Shown: positions 36,901 to 48,772 of the stretch, piece by piece
Layout: the number at the start of each line of letters is the position of its first letter
Position numbering within the stretch: the first letter of the stretch is position 1
Assembly: GCA_905178155.1 (NCBI GenBank)
Contig: CAJINV010000014.1
Span: forward strand, 1,505,984 to 1,569,983
DNA: 64,000 nucleotides
DNA from: Amoebophrya sp. A120
Taxonomy: Eukaryota; Protista; Dinoflagellata
Reading direction: 5' to 3'
The notes under the pieces: model-generated
Told to the model about the DNA's origin: nothing
Databases searched by the model: none
The model's input: only the letters and a program-made list of their open reading frames with translations
Translations under genes and position numbers: made by a program

Positions 36901-39900
36901 TTTGCATGGCAAGTTCTGGGAGCCCAAATAGCACTACACTCCAGTGAAAATTTGTCATGCAAAACCGGCACTCTTGCTGATGCTTGTACTGCCGCTCATG
37001 CAATACAAATGAGGGGGAGGGGGAGTTGTGCACTCTCATACAAACTTTTGAAGATTCCGAACGGGGAGTTTCCGCCGGCGGGAGATGTGGATCATCACGT
37101 TGAAGTTGTGGATCATCAAGAGGAAAGTGCTGTATTTCCGAAGATAAGTGGTAAGAACGTGAACGAGGAGAACTCGCCTTCTACAGTGTCATCACCATCA
37201 CGACTGCCTCCATCTATTCTAGCACAACCAGGATCTGCCATGCCGAAAACGCGCCTGAAAAGGCCTCTCCCCTACACGAACGAGGAAGCTGCGGTGCGGT
37301 TGGCGCGAGTTTTCAACAACATTGGTGGTGGGAAGAGGATTTTCGGAGATGAGGATGAAGATCATGAAGCAGATACTGTTCTTGCTGCTCCAACATCTTC
37401 ACAAGCACCATCAGCAAAGCAGAAACAGCAAGACAAAAAATTTCACTTGATTTTCGTCCTCGGGCACGGGTCTCGCACGGTGAACAACCCCTTCGATGCT
37501 GCCCACAATTGCGGTGCCTGCGGTGGCCGCGAGGGCGGGCCGAATGCGCGTTTGTTCTGCTCGTACGCGAACGACAGGGAGGTCCGGGAGATTCTGCGCA
37601 GCAAATTTCAGATTTCCATCCCCGACTCCTGTCTGTTCGTTGGCGGCTACCACGACACGAGCAGTGATTTTGTGGAGCTGTTCTCGGAAGACCTTTATTT
37701 GCTACTTGACGAAAGTTGTAAGACGGATGCGGGAGAACGAGAAGTGGAACAACTACGAGACGCCGGGCTGGTGCCGGATGTTGCTGTACCTTTTGAAGCA
37801 GGAGTAGCTTCTGATCTAGTTCGTATTACGTCAATCCAGAGAACAATCGCCCTCCTGCAAACTCATTGGCTGCTCGAAACGCGGAGAAGGAATGCACTGG
37901 AGCGCGTCGCGCGTTTCGGCCCGGTAGAGAGCGTGATTGCGACAAAAGCCGAAGCCCTACAGCACGTCCAACAGCGCGTGGAGGACCTGGGGGAAGCGCG
38001 GCCGGAGCTCGGGCACGCAACCAATGCGGCGATCGTGATCGGGCGCTATGGATTGCAAAAATGTCTGGGTCTGGAAGATTCTTACACTTGTCACGCACTT
38101 TTTGCATGAGCCACGATGTCTGTGATCCAGACCCTAGCAATACTATACAGATTTTTTGAGGGCTTCTTGATGCCTATTTCGCATGACAAATGCATTCTCA
38201 GCGTAGCACAAATCGCATTCCCTTTGGTACTCATGCAATACAGATTTTTTTGGAATCCAGACGCAGCATCACAAGTTGCATTCTTCCAGACCCAGACATT
38301 TTTGCAGTTGATAGGCGCCGGGAGCTGACGAAAGACAAGTTTTTCGCCAGACGGATTTTATCCAGGAAAAAACACCCATCCACATCCAATTTGTCATGCA
38401 AAACACGTATAAGATCCTGTGTCTGTCATGCAAAAAATGGATGGGGATGGGTTTTTTTCTGTGGATAGATTTTCCTGGTTTCCTACGACCCACAAAACGA
38501 CGATGCTCTCGGAACGAATTTGGAAACGCTACTCACGCCCGCGATTATCGTCTGCAGCGGAATCTCCCTGGAGTACCTGTTCAGCACGACGGACGGGGGC
38601 GCGGGCACAAAGGTGCCCATGAATTTGGTCGGCATGTTCGGGGTACAGCAGGGGGTGAGCGGGGATCTGATGCCCGGGCTGCCGACGCAGATGACGGAGT
38701 GGCACGTGCCAGTGCGGGCGGTTTACGTCGTGGATGGGAAGGTAGAGGCGGTGAAGGCGGTGTTGGCGAGAAAACTGAATTTGAAGAGAATCATCGAGAA
38801 CAACTGGGTGCGGTTTTTCGTGCGGGACTTCGAGACCGGGAAATTCTACCGGCAGCAGGAAAGAGGGAAATGGGTCGAAGTAGAGGTTGGAGGTGCTGGG
38901 GAGGAGAAAGAGCTAAATTTGCAGCCCGTCCACGAAGACGTTGTGGAACTACACGGGCATCAGCAGGAAGATGGTGTTGGCGGCCAGCACAGCGGCAATA
39001 CTTCTAGGCATAAGCATACAGGAGCTTCAATATTAAACAATCCGCCCGTGCTGGCCCCGGACTCCTCGGACTTCATCAATCGAAATAATTCAGAGGTGGA
39101 AAACGAAAAGAACTTCAGCAAGGCGGGAAGCGAAAAAAACCTCTCCTCGACAAAACACCTTTTCAATGTGGACAGCAGCACCGCACTTCTGGATGACCCG
39201 CCGCCCACACTGTCGACGGTGTCCACGGCGGACACTCTGATTGGGAACGGAGGAGGCGGGAACTACACTAGCACCGCACAAGGAGCTCCTCTCGTCGTGG
39301 TGGAACTAGCGACACCGCTGCACAAAAAGCTGGCGGATGTGGAAGAAGTTGAGGTTGTAGCTGCTGATGTAGTACTACTACAAGAAGGTGGACTTCCAAC
39401 GTTCAAGAACCGAATCGCGAGAACCCTGACCTACGTGCCAGCATCGGAGCAGATCCAATATGTCCGCACGTTGGTACATGGCGAACGGACTGCGTTCCTT
39501 GCGTCTCTGTTAGTCGGACTTTGTAGTACAGCGTTTGGATTCATCTACAAGGCGGCCGGTAATAGTTTTCTTGGTTCAGACGTTGAGTCGACGTCTCCCA
39601 TGGAAAAGATCGCAGCAGGGCAGAATGCGGCGGCGCCAGCACGGGAAAATCAAGCGGTTCCGGTTGCAACCAGTGCCAGAAGTAGTGCCAAAATGTTTTT
39701 GACAGACACGGCATCTGGTGCTTCAACGAGCACTAGTAGCGACTCCACTATCTTCTTCTTCAAAGACCTCGTCTACCTCGGTTTCAACCTGCTCGGGATT
39801 TTCACGATCTGCTTTTCCAGACGGTACCTCCACGGCGACTTTTTGTTTTCGCGGTTTCTCCTCCTCTCCGCATTCATGCTGGTCGGGTTCGATTGTTTGG

Positions 39901-41852
39901 CTTATAATCATCTTCCGGTAGATTCATCTAGCACAACTAGCAGCATCGATAGTACAATCATCGGAGGCGGACTTAATATGGAAGACAGCTCGCAACCGAC
40001 TGCGTCAACTACTACTACTCTGGGTTTTTCCCTGCTCTCCTACACGTCTATCTTCCTGATCGGAGCCTACAACGACCGGCGAGTAGTTGCCGAGAGCGCC
40101 ACTTTCGTTTTCTTCGTCTACTGCGTCTCGGAGCTGTGTTTGTTTCTCGCGATGACAAGCGACGGTTTTTACAAAAAAGACAACGGGCCGCTTCCCACGT
40201 TCGGTCGTGAGTCACCTTCAGACGTAGGAACAGTACACGGCGGTGACACGACATTTTTGACGACATCATCATCCTCATTCCAAGCGGTCCTGCTCGTCCT
40301 TGCCGCAACCCTGAAGACCTCCCAGTTCCCCTTCACCGAGCTGTTCCCCCGCGCGATGGAGGGGCCGTCGCCTTGCTCCGCGATTGGGTATGCGGTCTTT
40401 TCCGCCCATTCTGGCCTTGTCCTGCTCATCGAGCTGAATGGTCTCTGGATCAACAGCAAAGTGGCGGTTTTTCTACTGCTCCTCATCGGATCCGCAACGA
40501 TGTGCACGGCAACCGTCTCTGCGCGTCTCCGGGCCGACCGGAAGGGATCACTCGGGTCTGCGATCGCGGCCAGTGTCGGCGGACTGTACGTTGTACTTGC
40601 TGTATTGGCAGCTGGGTTTCATCATCTTCTTGACCACGGAAATGTTGAAATGGCAGCATCAAAAACTACTACCGGACCACGCACAGGAGGTGCACAATAT
40701 CAAATCTTGCACCCCTCCCCAACATCCTCCTCGTTTGTTTTGTTCTTAGCCCTGGCTCACGCTACTTTCCGGTGTATCCAGTTGCTATCAAGTGCAAAAA
40801 TGTCTGGGTCTGGAAGAGTGCGCGACTTGTCACGCTGCTTTTCCATGGCCCATGAGGTCTGGAATGCAGGACCTACCATGACAGATTCTGTGCGATCTCT
40901 CTCATGCCTATCCTGCATGAGAAACTCCCTCCCCACTTGGTCAAAACTGGACGACTTTTGGCAATCATACAACACAAATTTTTGCATGCTTCAGATTTAG
41001 CATGACAAGTTACCACCTTCCAGACCCAGATATTTTTACATTTGATAGTTGCTCCGGGCGCACAACATCATCCTCGAATACCACCAGTGGCGTGCGGCCA
41101 TGGGCCGGGGAAGGCAGTTCGCGAAGTTGCAAAATGAAAATGATGCACGAGCAGATAGAGCAGCAGCAGCTGCAGCACTTGATAATCAAAAGGACGATCA
41201 TGCTGAGATGAATTACTCCACCTCCTCCGCTGCCGACAGCATCATGCGGCCGACATTTCTGCCTCTTTCCACCAGCTTCCGCTTCTACTGGCGTTGCGCG
41301 AAACGGGGTTGCGGTAGTGACGTCACAGAACTGGTGTTGAGCGGGGTAATCGGGAACTTCTGTCGAGTGGTGAAAACTTGCGTGGTCGCTACTGTGGCTA
41401 TTTGCAACAGAAGTCAAACAGAAACAAGTCGAAGTACTAGACAAAACACACTGCAGCGGAGGTTCCTCCTCGCAATGGAGGCGATCCAAGAGCCGTGGCA
41501 GCGAAACCGATTTCAGTGCCAGTATGCTGCCGTCATTATTTTCCTTGTCCTCATCGAAGTTTTGAAACGACAGAGCGCTGCAGCGTTTCTTGATGATACT
41601 ACAACAACATCAACTATTGCATCTGCAGCGCATCACGTATCATCAACATCTTCCGTGTCAACATCATCTTCCTCTCTTTCTGACATAATTTTTAAAAGCG
41701 GTGGTGGCGCTGTGCTACTTGTTTTGACCCATATTTTCATCCCAGTAGTTCTGTTGCGATTTGTGTTTACCCACGTCTTGCACGCGAGGAGATTTCGGCA
41801 TAGCGATAACGTCAGTGCACAAAAATTGACACAGATAAAAAGTGGTCGCTGA
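33981..41852 (+). CDS. DabA (DUF2309/UPF0753, beta-carbonic-anhydrase-like) - DabB (NuoL/MrpA-like proton-conducting membrane subunit) fusion; putative inorganic carbon pump, ~2228 aa spliced
   Basis: DabA motifs: ENFVHHNP, LPGYAGMF, FTCIDERECSFRRH, ETFGVPGFF, GHGS..NNP..AAHNCGACGG, HDT, EARPELGHATNA..IGRRELT, RRIFLVSYDP, GISLEYLFSTTD, GAGTKVPMNLVG..GDLMPGLPTQM. NuoL/MrpA motifs follow: FSRRYLHGD..F.RF, KTSQFPF..FPRAMEGPSP, DRKGSL, HATFRCIQLL. Removing five introners gives a continuous 6687-nt frame. The start may lie in an upstream exon. Confidence 0.9.
36384..36689. mobile_element. Introner, family H
   Basis: ~55-bp TIRs, TTGCC TSD; frame EVA|GFCP. Confidence 0.9.
36825..37040. mobile_element. 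Introner, family I (TATGACAATGCACAACTCCCC..)
   Basis: CAAAC TSD; frame FHKLLKIP. Confidence 0.9.
38047..38313. mobile_element. Introner, family B
   Basis: GGCGC TSD; restores DabA IGR|RELT. Confidence 0.92.
38359..38467. mobile_element. Introner, family A
   Basis: GATTT TSD; restores DabA RRIFLVSYDP. Confidence 0.92.
40786..41047. mobile_element. Introner, family B
   Basis: GTTGC TSD; frame IQLLRAHN. Confidence 0.9.
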
Positions 41853-42626
41853 GCAACCGACGTCAATTGTAGCGACATGTTGACGACTACGATTTCTTCC
41901 ATATTAATTTGTGTCCTTGTAGAGTCAATTACACAGAGCAACATATGCAAATCTCTCTTGGGAACCAAGAGCATACTACACAAGCCGACCGCAGAGAAGT
42001 TTCTTGCACATGGATCCACCAAATGTCTAATGTCATACTGCGCATCACGTGATGACGCGTCGACTGCCGACGTATAATTTGCAGAGGTCTCGAACAACTC
42101 ATGGATGATTTCGTAATTTTTTTGATTTGAGGAAAACGAAAACAAAAGCAAAAGCCCGAAGATTTATTTGATTGGGCGGACGCTTTATTGCAAAGACATG
42201 ACTCCTACACGACATCATTGTCATACATTCGTTTCAGAAGCTGGCATACTAGTGTGTCGGTGTCCCTCCCTGCTTGTAGCAGTACATGGTCAACACCCTG
42301 AAGACCTCGAGGGCGTTCGTGCTGTGTCTGTGCCCACCTATCGTGCAGGAGTTGTGCAGCAAGTCAGTCTTCCGGAGTCACCAGACGCTGAGCTGGGCGG
42401 CACGACAATTCTCTTGGGAGGAAATATCAGGAGCGGAAATGGAAAAAAATGTTGTTGCTCCTCCTTCTTTCAGAGAGAGTCCTCGTGAGCAGAGATTGTT
42501 CAGACACAAGATCCAGACAACAATAGTTAGAGTTTGTCGTTTTCCGAGTGCCAACGAGGGGTTGTCTATACCGAACAGCTACAGTCCTAAAGATAGTTTC
42601 TTTCATCGCGCCATCCTTAGCATAAA

Positions 42627-45576
42627 ATGCCCGAAGCGACGCGCAAGCCGTCTTTCTCCGCTCCTGTGGAGCCGGCGTTTTCCGTCGATCCCGCGGACCT
42701 ACACGACGCCGTTGTCACCGCAACCAGGAAGGCGCTCCCAAACCCAACCCGCGACCGAAACTTGGTCGATACGGTGGCGCTGGCGACCAAACTCGCTCTG
42801 CAAAAGGTCGTGCCTGCGCAGAAGGTACTAGTAGCACAGGCGAGCAAACTTGTTCAGGCTTAACCTCAAGCTGCACACAAGTGACGTTGTACATGCAAGT
42901 CTAGTGGATGTCCTCAATGCTCATCTTCATTATGCTCATGTTGTCAACAGACTCCAATATCAGTACCAGTTCAAGCAACTGTGTCCTTTCCTGCTACTTT
43001 GATGTTCTTGTCCCCAACAACATGTAGCTCATGCAAATTGCAATTCCAATTGCCGACGAGGACGCAAGAAAAAGTTTCAAATAACAGCCCGCTGCCTCCA
43101 AAACGGCAGTCGGTGTTGCTCCCACAACTGCTGCTGCACCCCGCACCTCTGCACCGCCGCAATCCTCCAACACCGCCACGAAGTTGCAGAGCCAGCTGCA
43201 GAAATTACGTTTTTCCTACTTCCGCGAGTTGACGGAATTGCGGGACAGACTCCGGGACGAGAAGCTCGTGGACGCTGTGAACAGTTCGAAGAATGGCAGC
43301 CACGACGTGCCGGTGTTTTTCGACCCGACGGCTTTTCTGGATGACGTTCCGGACGAAGTGAAAGACCATTTGGAGGACGTGGTGTATGAACTGCAAAAGT
43401 ATCTTACTCGTTCTCGTACAAATTGCATATACAAATTTTCTCATCATGAGAAACGCAATTTGTAATGCTGTTTTACCTTAGGAAGAAGATTTGTCATGCA
43501 TATTTGCAATTAGATCGAGTGCGATACTTTTGCACAGGATATGGTCTTGGAAAAGACGAAACTGCTGCTCTTGAAACACTCGCGGGAAGATACGCTGAGG
43601 ATCAAGAAGCAAGATCAGCAGATGTAAATTTGCGGTTAAACTTCCATGTTTCCAAATGCAATTGAAAAAATGAAGGCTACTTCCATCTTGTTCTTTTTTG
43701 TTTCACTACTTATCGCCACGGGTTGAGCCATTTCGTAAGAAAAATGTGTGGAAATCTAAATCAAAATCACCGCAGCGCTGAGCTTCTCGCAGAAAACTCG
43801 CAGTTAAAAGAGCAGATCGAGGAGCAGAAAGCCCGGGTCCACAACGAGTATGAAGTGGCAGCCTGCAGCAATATTCCACGTCGTTCCCTCGTCGGTCTCA
43901 TTTGTGGTCATGCAAAGATGAAAGAGGAAATGGTATGGAGTTCGAAGTCCAACATCATTAGACCTAGTTCTAGCTGCACTTTGCATCGCGAACCCCATCT
44001 ATCGTCCTCACCTCCATCAGCACACGGGCAAGCAGGATGCTGCTGCAGCATGGCACGATACTAAGTTGGCATGCAAACACGACAGTGTAGTCCCGTGCTT
44101 CTGATTGCATCCCTGCTGCAATCATCTAGACAGGGGAAACATAACAAGACGTGGAAATTTTGCATCCTGACACCGAGACCGTGAAGCTGAAGATGAATGT
44201 GGACGAGTACAAGGAGCGCGAAATCCAGTACAAGAAGCGACTCGCCAGTCTCGAGCAGAGCTACAAGAAGTCCTACGAGGAGCTGGAGCAACAGCACAAG
44301 GACCAACTGGACGGCTTTGCCAAGGAGATTCTGCTGATAAAACAACAACAGGAGAATACGACTTCGACTACTTCGGCAACATCCGACGTGCGAGAAAAGA
44401 AACCCAGCAAGTCGAGTGATACTTCTCTTGGGCAAGTACTCGAGGACTTTAGTGAAAACAGCGAAGAACAATCTTCCAGCAGCTTCACAAATATCTCACC
44501 AGCAGCTAGAACCACACCATCGTCCGAAGTTGTACAGCCACACCCATCTGCCTTCAACATCCAATTCTCTGCCAAAGAACGGGAACAACACCTTGTCGAC
44601 TCTCAACTCGCGAAAGAGAACGAGCTGCTAAAGCAGGAGGAAAGCGAGCTGAGTAAGGAATTGGAGCAGCTGCGGTCTGATATGCAATACAAATTTCCAT
44701 CTGTTGTAGTACGAGTAGCACAAAACGCATCACAATTTCGAGTTTCGCCAACTTACAGCATGATACCACTTGTCATGCCGAATAGGATGGAGAGAACATG
44801 AAACAAAAGTTTTGCCATGCAGAAACCTCCGCATTTGTGTATCTCCGTGTACTACTGGAAATTCACTGTGGATATCGGAGAAGGAAAGATTGAGGACGAA
44901 ATTAGCGACGTTGGAGATGATCCAGGTGAACAAGAAAGAGTCAGGTAGTTTTGGAAATAAAGACAAAATAAAGCCGAAAAATCTCTTCGAACAGCAGTTA
45001 CAAGCGACGCCGGAGCTGGTGCTACAGGAGATGCAGAAAGAACAAACAGGTGATATTTTTGACGAGGATGCTGATGCAGCAAGAAGATCAAGATCATCAA
45101 TTGGCTGCACAAAGAGCAAGAATTCGACTTCGCCAAGCAAAACATCAGGTGGAGAACAACCAGCAGCATCTACTTCTTCAGCGGTTCTTAACATCGATTT
45201 GGACAAAATCAAACTGCCGGAGAAGTCCTACAAGGAGTTTCTTGGCCGGCGATACAACCCAAACGCACCCATTCCTCCTTCCGGGGTCTCGTCCGCAAGC
45301 ATTGCAGGGAGCCCACCGTCCTCTTCTCACGGAAGTACCCGATTTCCCTCTCCGTCAAGTGTGTCATCCAGTAAAAGCAGCTCACCACCAGGACCACCGG
45401 GGGGAACAAGCAGCGGTAGCGGAAGCAAAAAAGCGACAGCGAAGGTCGTTGCTCCGAAAGAGCCGTCGACGGCAAAGACAAAGGGTGTGGAATCCAAAAT
45501 GGTGATTTCGCGGCACTCATTGCTGCGCCGAAAAACTGCACCGGTAGGGGCGGCATTAGCGCCGCTAGCGGGGTGA
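42627..45576 (+). CDS. Hypothetical coiled-coil protein, multi-exon
   Basis: Exons joined through GT-AG introns 42825-43087 and 43624-43775 and introners at 43385, ~43849 and 44681. E/K/Q-rich heptad segments. The junction at 43849 is ambiguous by 1 nt. Confidence 0.65.
43385..43541. mobile_element. Introner, family D
   Basis: TSD TGGTG/TGGTC; frame DVV|LEKT. Confidence 0.85.
43849..44143. mobile_element. Probable degenerate introner
   Basis: TATG..CATA ends, TSD-like ACGAG/ACAAG and internal GTCATGC motif, but weak TIR; in-frame joining needs a 1-nt offset. Confidence 0.5.
44681..44874. mobile_element. Introner, family C
   Basis: TSD TCTGA/TCGGA; frame LRSEKERL. Confidence 0.85.
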
Positions 45577-46774
45577 AGAAGTGCGTGGATAGTAAAGTTG
45601 ATTCCGAGTCTTCGTTTTATCGTTTGTACAGTACTAGCTGCAATCTGCATCTGAAAAAGCAACGAACTTCTACTACGCCGGAATTTGAAGATACTTACTT
45701 AATTCTGTTAACGGAGTTGTAAATCCCGACTACTTCGTTCTTTTCGTTTCAAGAGGCCTCTCGCAATATTAGCGATATTACAAGTCTACACTTTAGCTTT
45801 ACAACAACATCAGCTATTTTTTACAGTACTGCCTACTACAAGTACAACAAGGAGATCAGGAGTAGCTTGATTAACAAGTTCTTTTTTTTTGGAACCGTAA
45901 CTACCAACACAACACGATGAAAACGTGCGCAAAGCCGTACCCTCAACATGATTTTTCGCAGCTCTTGGCGTTATCTTCAGAAGCAAATATTCGTCCCCCG
46001 AGGAGAACTTCAGAAAATAGAAGAGCGCAGATCGGTCCTTCAGCCGGTACTAAATTGAAGAAAAAGAAAAAGACACGACGTGGCCACGGTGCAGAATATG
46101 GCTCCCGCTCATCTCATGTTGCAGACAAAGCAGGCTAGTTTGTAGTGCTTTTCATTTTTGAAGAAGATTCAAGATTGTAATTGTATACGACACAGACGGT
46201 CGAATTGTTTCATACTTGCTTAAGTGCAGTAGCAGTCTCGCTCTCCTGAAAAAATGTTGCTGACTCTGTGTAAGGTAATTTCAAAAGCTTCTTCTACGGT
46301 GAAGTTCTTCTGTTTGTAAAAACTGGAGGCACGACTGAGATCAGGAAGATCAGCTGGATCTGCAATCGAGGTTCAAACACCTTCGACAGGTCCGCAAATG
46401 ATCGGAAAACAGTACGTTGTAGAGGAAGAAGGATCGTCAATTTGAACGATGGAAGACGACGAGATCAGATGTTGAAAAGATCCAGAAATAACTGACGACA
46501 AGAAAGAACAAGTAGAGCACGGCGATGCTGCTCAGGATCCCTTCTGCTCCAGTAACGTATGTTTATTCCACCGTTGTATAATCACGACTTTGTATGCGTA
46601 TGGTTACATCATCGATTTCCACCAAGCCACAATTCTGCTTCGATGGTATGAACAGCATTGATGACATTCAGCTTTAGAAGGACGAAGAAATAGAAATTGA
46701 AATGCATTGATTGAAACATCCGTTGTACTAGAAGTATTTCCGGGCGGCGGTGGTCAGAAAATATTTCGACTAAA

Positions 46775-48772
46775 ATGGCGGCGAAGAAGCGAAAACGGAG
46801 CAAGCACATGCAACAGCATCTGCAAAAAGTGTCTATGCAACAGCAGCAGGTGCAGGACAAGGACAACGCTGAGAAGAACCAGACACGCGGCGGCCATGAT
46901 GATCTCCAGTCGAATCATGTGGAAGCACCAGCCGCGCGACCAAGCGGCCAAGAACGTCCTAGCTCGTCAACGAGCTCGTCGCAGCAAAAGAACTACAAGG
47001 GTCTTCACGAAGTAGATGAGCATCAAGTTCTTGAAGGTGAACGCAGACGGGCGAAAAAACGAAAAGTTTCGAAGAAAAATGTGATCGTGGTGGCCGAACA
47101 GCCTCAGCTGCTTGGTGCCGAGACAACGATAGTAGACACCCCGGCGCCAGGACTAAAGGATGAACCTTCATCATTACCATCTACCAACATAGTCGTGTCC
47201 CAGCACGATATTTCTGCAGATTCAGAGTCAGAGCCTGAAGAAGAGACGAACCATGACTACTGCCGCACATGGAGTAACGCGCTAAGGACATCAAGTTGCT
47301 CTGCAGTATCAAGAAATAAACATTTGACAACATCAAAAAATATCGAAGTACCGACCACGACGACCTCCGGAGACCAGCTAGTGCCATTAACCTCTGTTGT
47401 AGACGGAAAAAATGATTTCACCCACTTCCGGTCCCTTTGCGAGGCGGTTTTCCACCATAACAAGCAGAGCTACTGGAAGCCGCGGGATAGCGAGCCGGCG
47501 AATATCTTCGAAAAACTCGCAGACGAGATCTATGATTTTCACATGTTACGACCAGCACGTAGGTGGACGAACACGAGCTGTGCAAAATCTGAAGAAGATG
47601 TTACAACAACGAACGTCATCAAGCCGGTAACCCGCGGTGGCGCCGAGTGGTGGGTGCAGGTACGCGATGATAGACACAGTGCGCAACAAGCAAGCGGTGT
47701 TCCACCTCCGTCTTACAGTTACAACCAGGGAGCATCTTCAAAGCAAAAACAGACCAACACCACCACCACCTCCCCTTCACTTGGGTTCCATTGGGACCAA
47801 GATTACGGCACAGCGGAGTGTCCCTTTCTCGGTACGGTGACCTATCTCGACAACGTAGGCGCGCCTACAGTAGTGCTGGACTACCCGAAAGATAACGAAG
47901 TGGATGAGGAAGTACAAGATGGAAGTCGTGGTGGCGCACCTCCACCGCCCTCAAACATCGGCAATAATCAGCGAAAAAATAAAACGATGAAGAAGAAAAA
48001 CAGGAGCAAAAGCGCTAGTACAAGAACGAACACAAAGCGTGTGATCGAAACCGGGTTTGTCAGCCACCCGGAAGCCGGGAAGCATTTGGCGTTTCAGGGA
48101 AATTTGTTGCACGGCGTTCCAGAGCAGTTACAGAAAACGACGACACGACCGGGCCTTGTTCATAGAAATTCTGTACCAGTATCTCAATCCAGAAAGCGCA
48201 TCACGTTCTTAGTGAACCTCTGGCCCGAGAAGGATAGCATCACCGATGTTCCCAAGTTTGACGTGTCAAAGCATTTTCCGGCAGTAAGAGAGGAGGAGCT
48301 GAGGCTGACGCTGAGCGGAGATACAGTGGCTGCTGGAGGTTTTGCTGATGACACAGCAGGTAATATCGGAACAGCTGCATCCTCCACCTCTTGTCAAGCC
48401 CTGCGCTTTGCGTTCAGCATGAGCAATAAAAGTGGAGGGCAACAAGAACTACACTGCAAAGGCGCTAGTCGTGGTGCAATAAAGCCTGACACTCCGGAGG
48501 AAGTCATCACCGACCGAGGGACCCCTGTTTGCGGGCTGACGTTTGATAACGGGGAGGAAGAGCAGTACGAACTTTGGTTGCCGGTTCCATCGATGGGAAG
48601 CTCTTCATCTACACGACCTTCGCGCATCAAGCACCAGAAGCAGAAGAGCAAGTCTCTTCTTGTAGCATCTTCACAGGCAGCTACTTCTCGGCCCCAGCAA
48701 GAACTGCCGTCAACACAGAAAGTGTATTTTCAGGGTGGAGCGCAAGCACCATGCTACGTGCTGCGGAGATAG
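46775..48772 (+). CDS. 2OG-Fe(II) oxygenase-like protein
   Basis: 665-aa ORF with GAEWWVQ, FHWDQD (HxD), TVTYL, P..GKHLAFQGNLLHGV (distal His) and RITFLVNLW (2OG-binding Arg). Confidence 0.65.
   Translation: MAAKKRKRSKHMQQHLQKVSMQQQQVQDKDNAEKNQTRGGHDDLQSNHVEAPAARPSGQERPSSSTSSSQQKNYKGLHEVDEHQVLEGERRRAKKRKVSKKNVIVVAEQPQLLGAETTIVDTPAPGLKDEPSSLPSTNIVVSQHDISADSESEPEEETNHDYCRTWSNALRTSSCSAVSRNKHLTTSKNIEVPTTTTSGDQLVPLTSVVDGKNDFTHFRSLCEAVFHHNKQSYWKPRDSEPANIFEKLADEIYDFHMLRPARRWTNTSCAKSEEDVTTTNVIKPVTRGGAEWWVQVRDDRHSAQQASGVPPPSYSYNQGASSKQKQTNTTTTSPSLGFHWDQDYGTAECPFLGTVTYLDNVGAPTVVLDYPKDNEVDEEVQDGSRGGAPPPPSNIGNNQRKNKTMKKKNRSKSASTRTNTKRVIETGFVSHPEAGKHLAFQGNLLHGVPEQLQKTTTRPGLVHRNSVPVSQSRKRITFLVNLWPEKDSITDVPKFDVSKHFPAVREEELRLTLSGDTVAAGGFADDTAGNIGTAASSTSCQALRFAFSMSNKSGGQQELHCKGASRGAIKPDTPEEVITDRGTPVCGLTFDNGEEEQYELWLPVPSMGSSSSTRPSRIKHQKQKSKSLLVASSQAATSRPQQELPSTQKVYFQGGAQAPCYVLRR

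Noticed and set aside
39700-41852. Mitochondrial nad5 / NUMT interpretation of the NuoL-like segment
   Set aside because: It is in frame with DabA, reads in the standard code with nuclear-like composition, and contains an introner.
43723-43735. Possible dinoflagellate spliced-leader relic (TTGAGCCA; also CCGTAGC near 33515)
   Set aside because: Only 7-8 nt match the SL consensus, as expected by chance.
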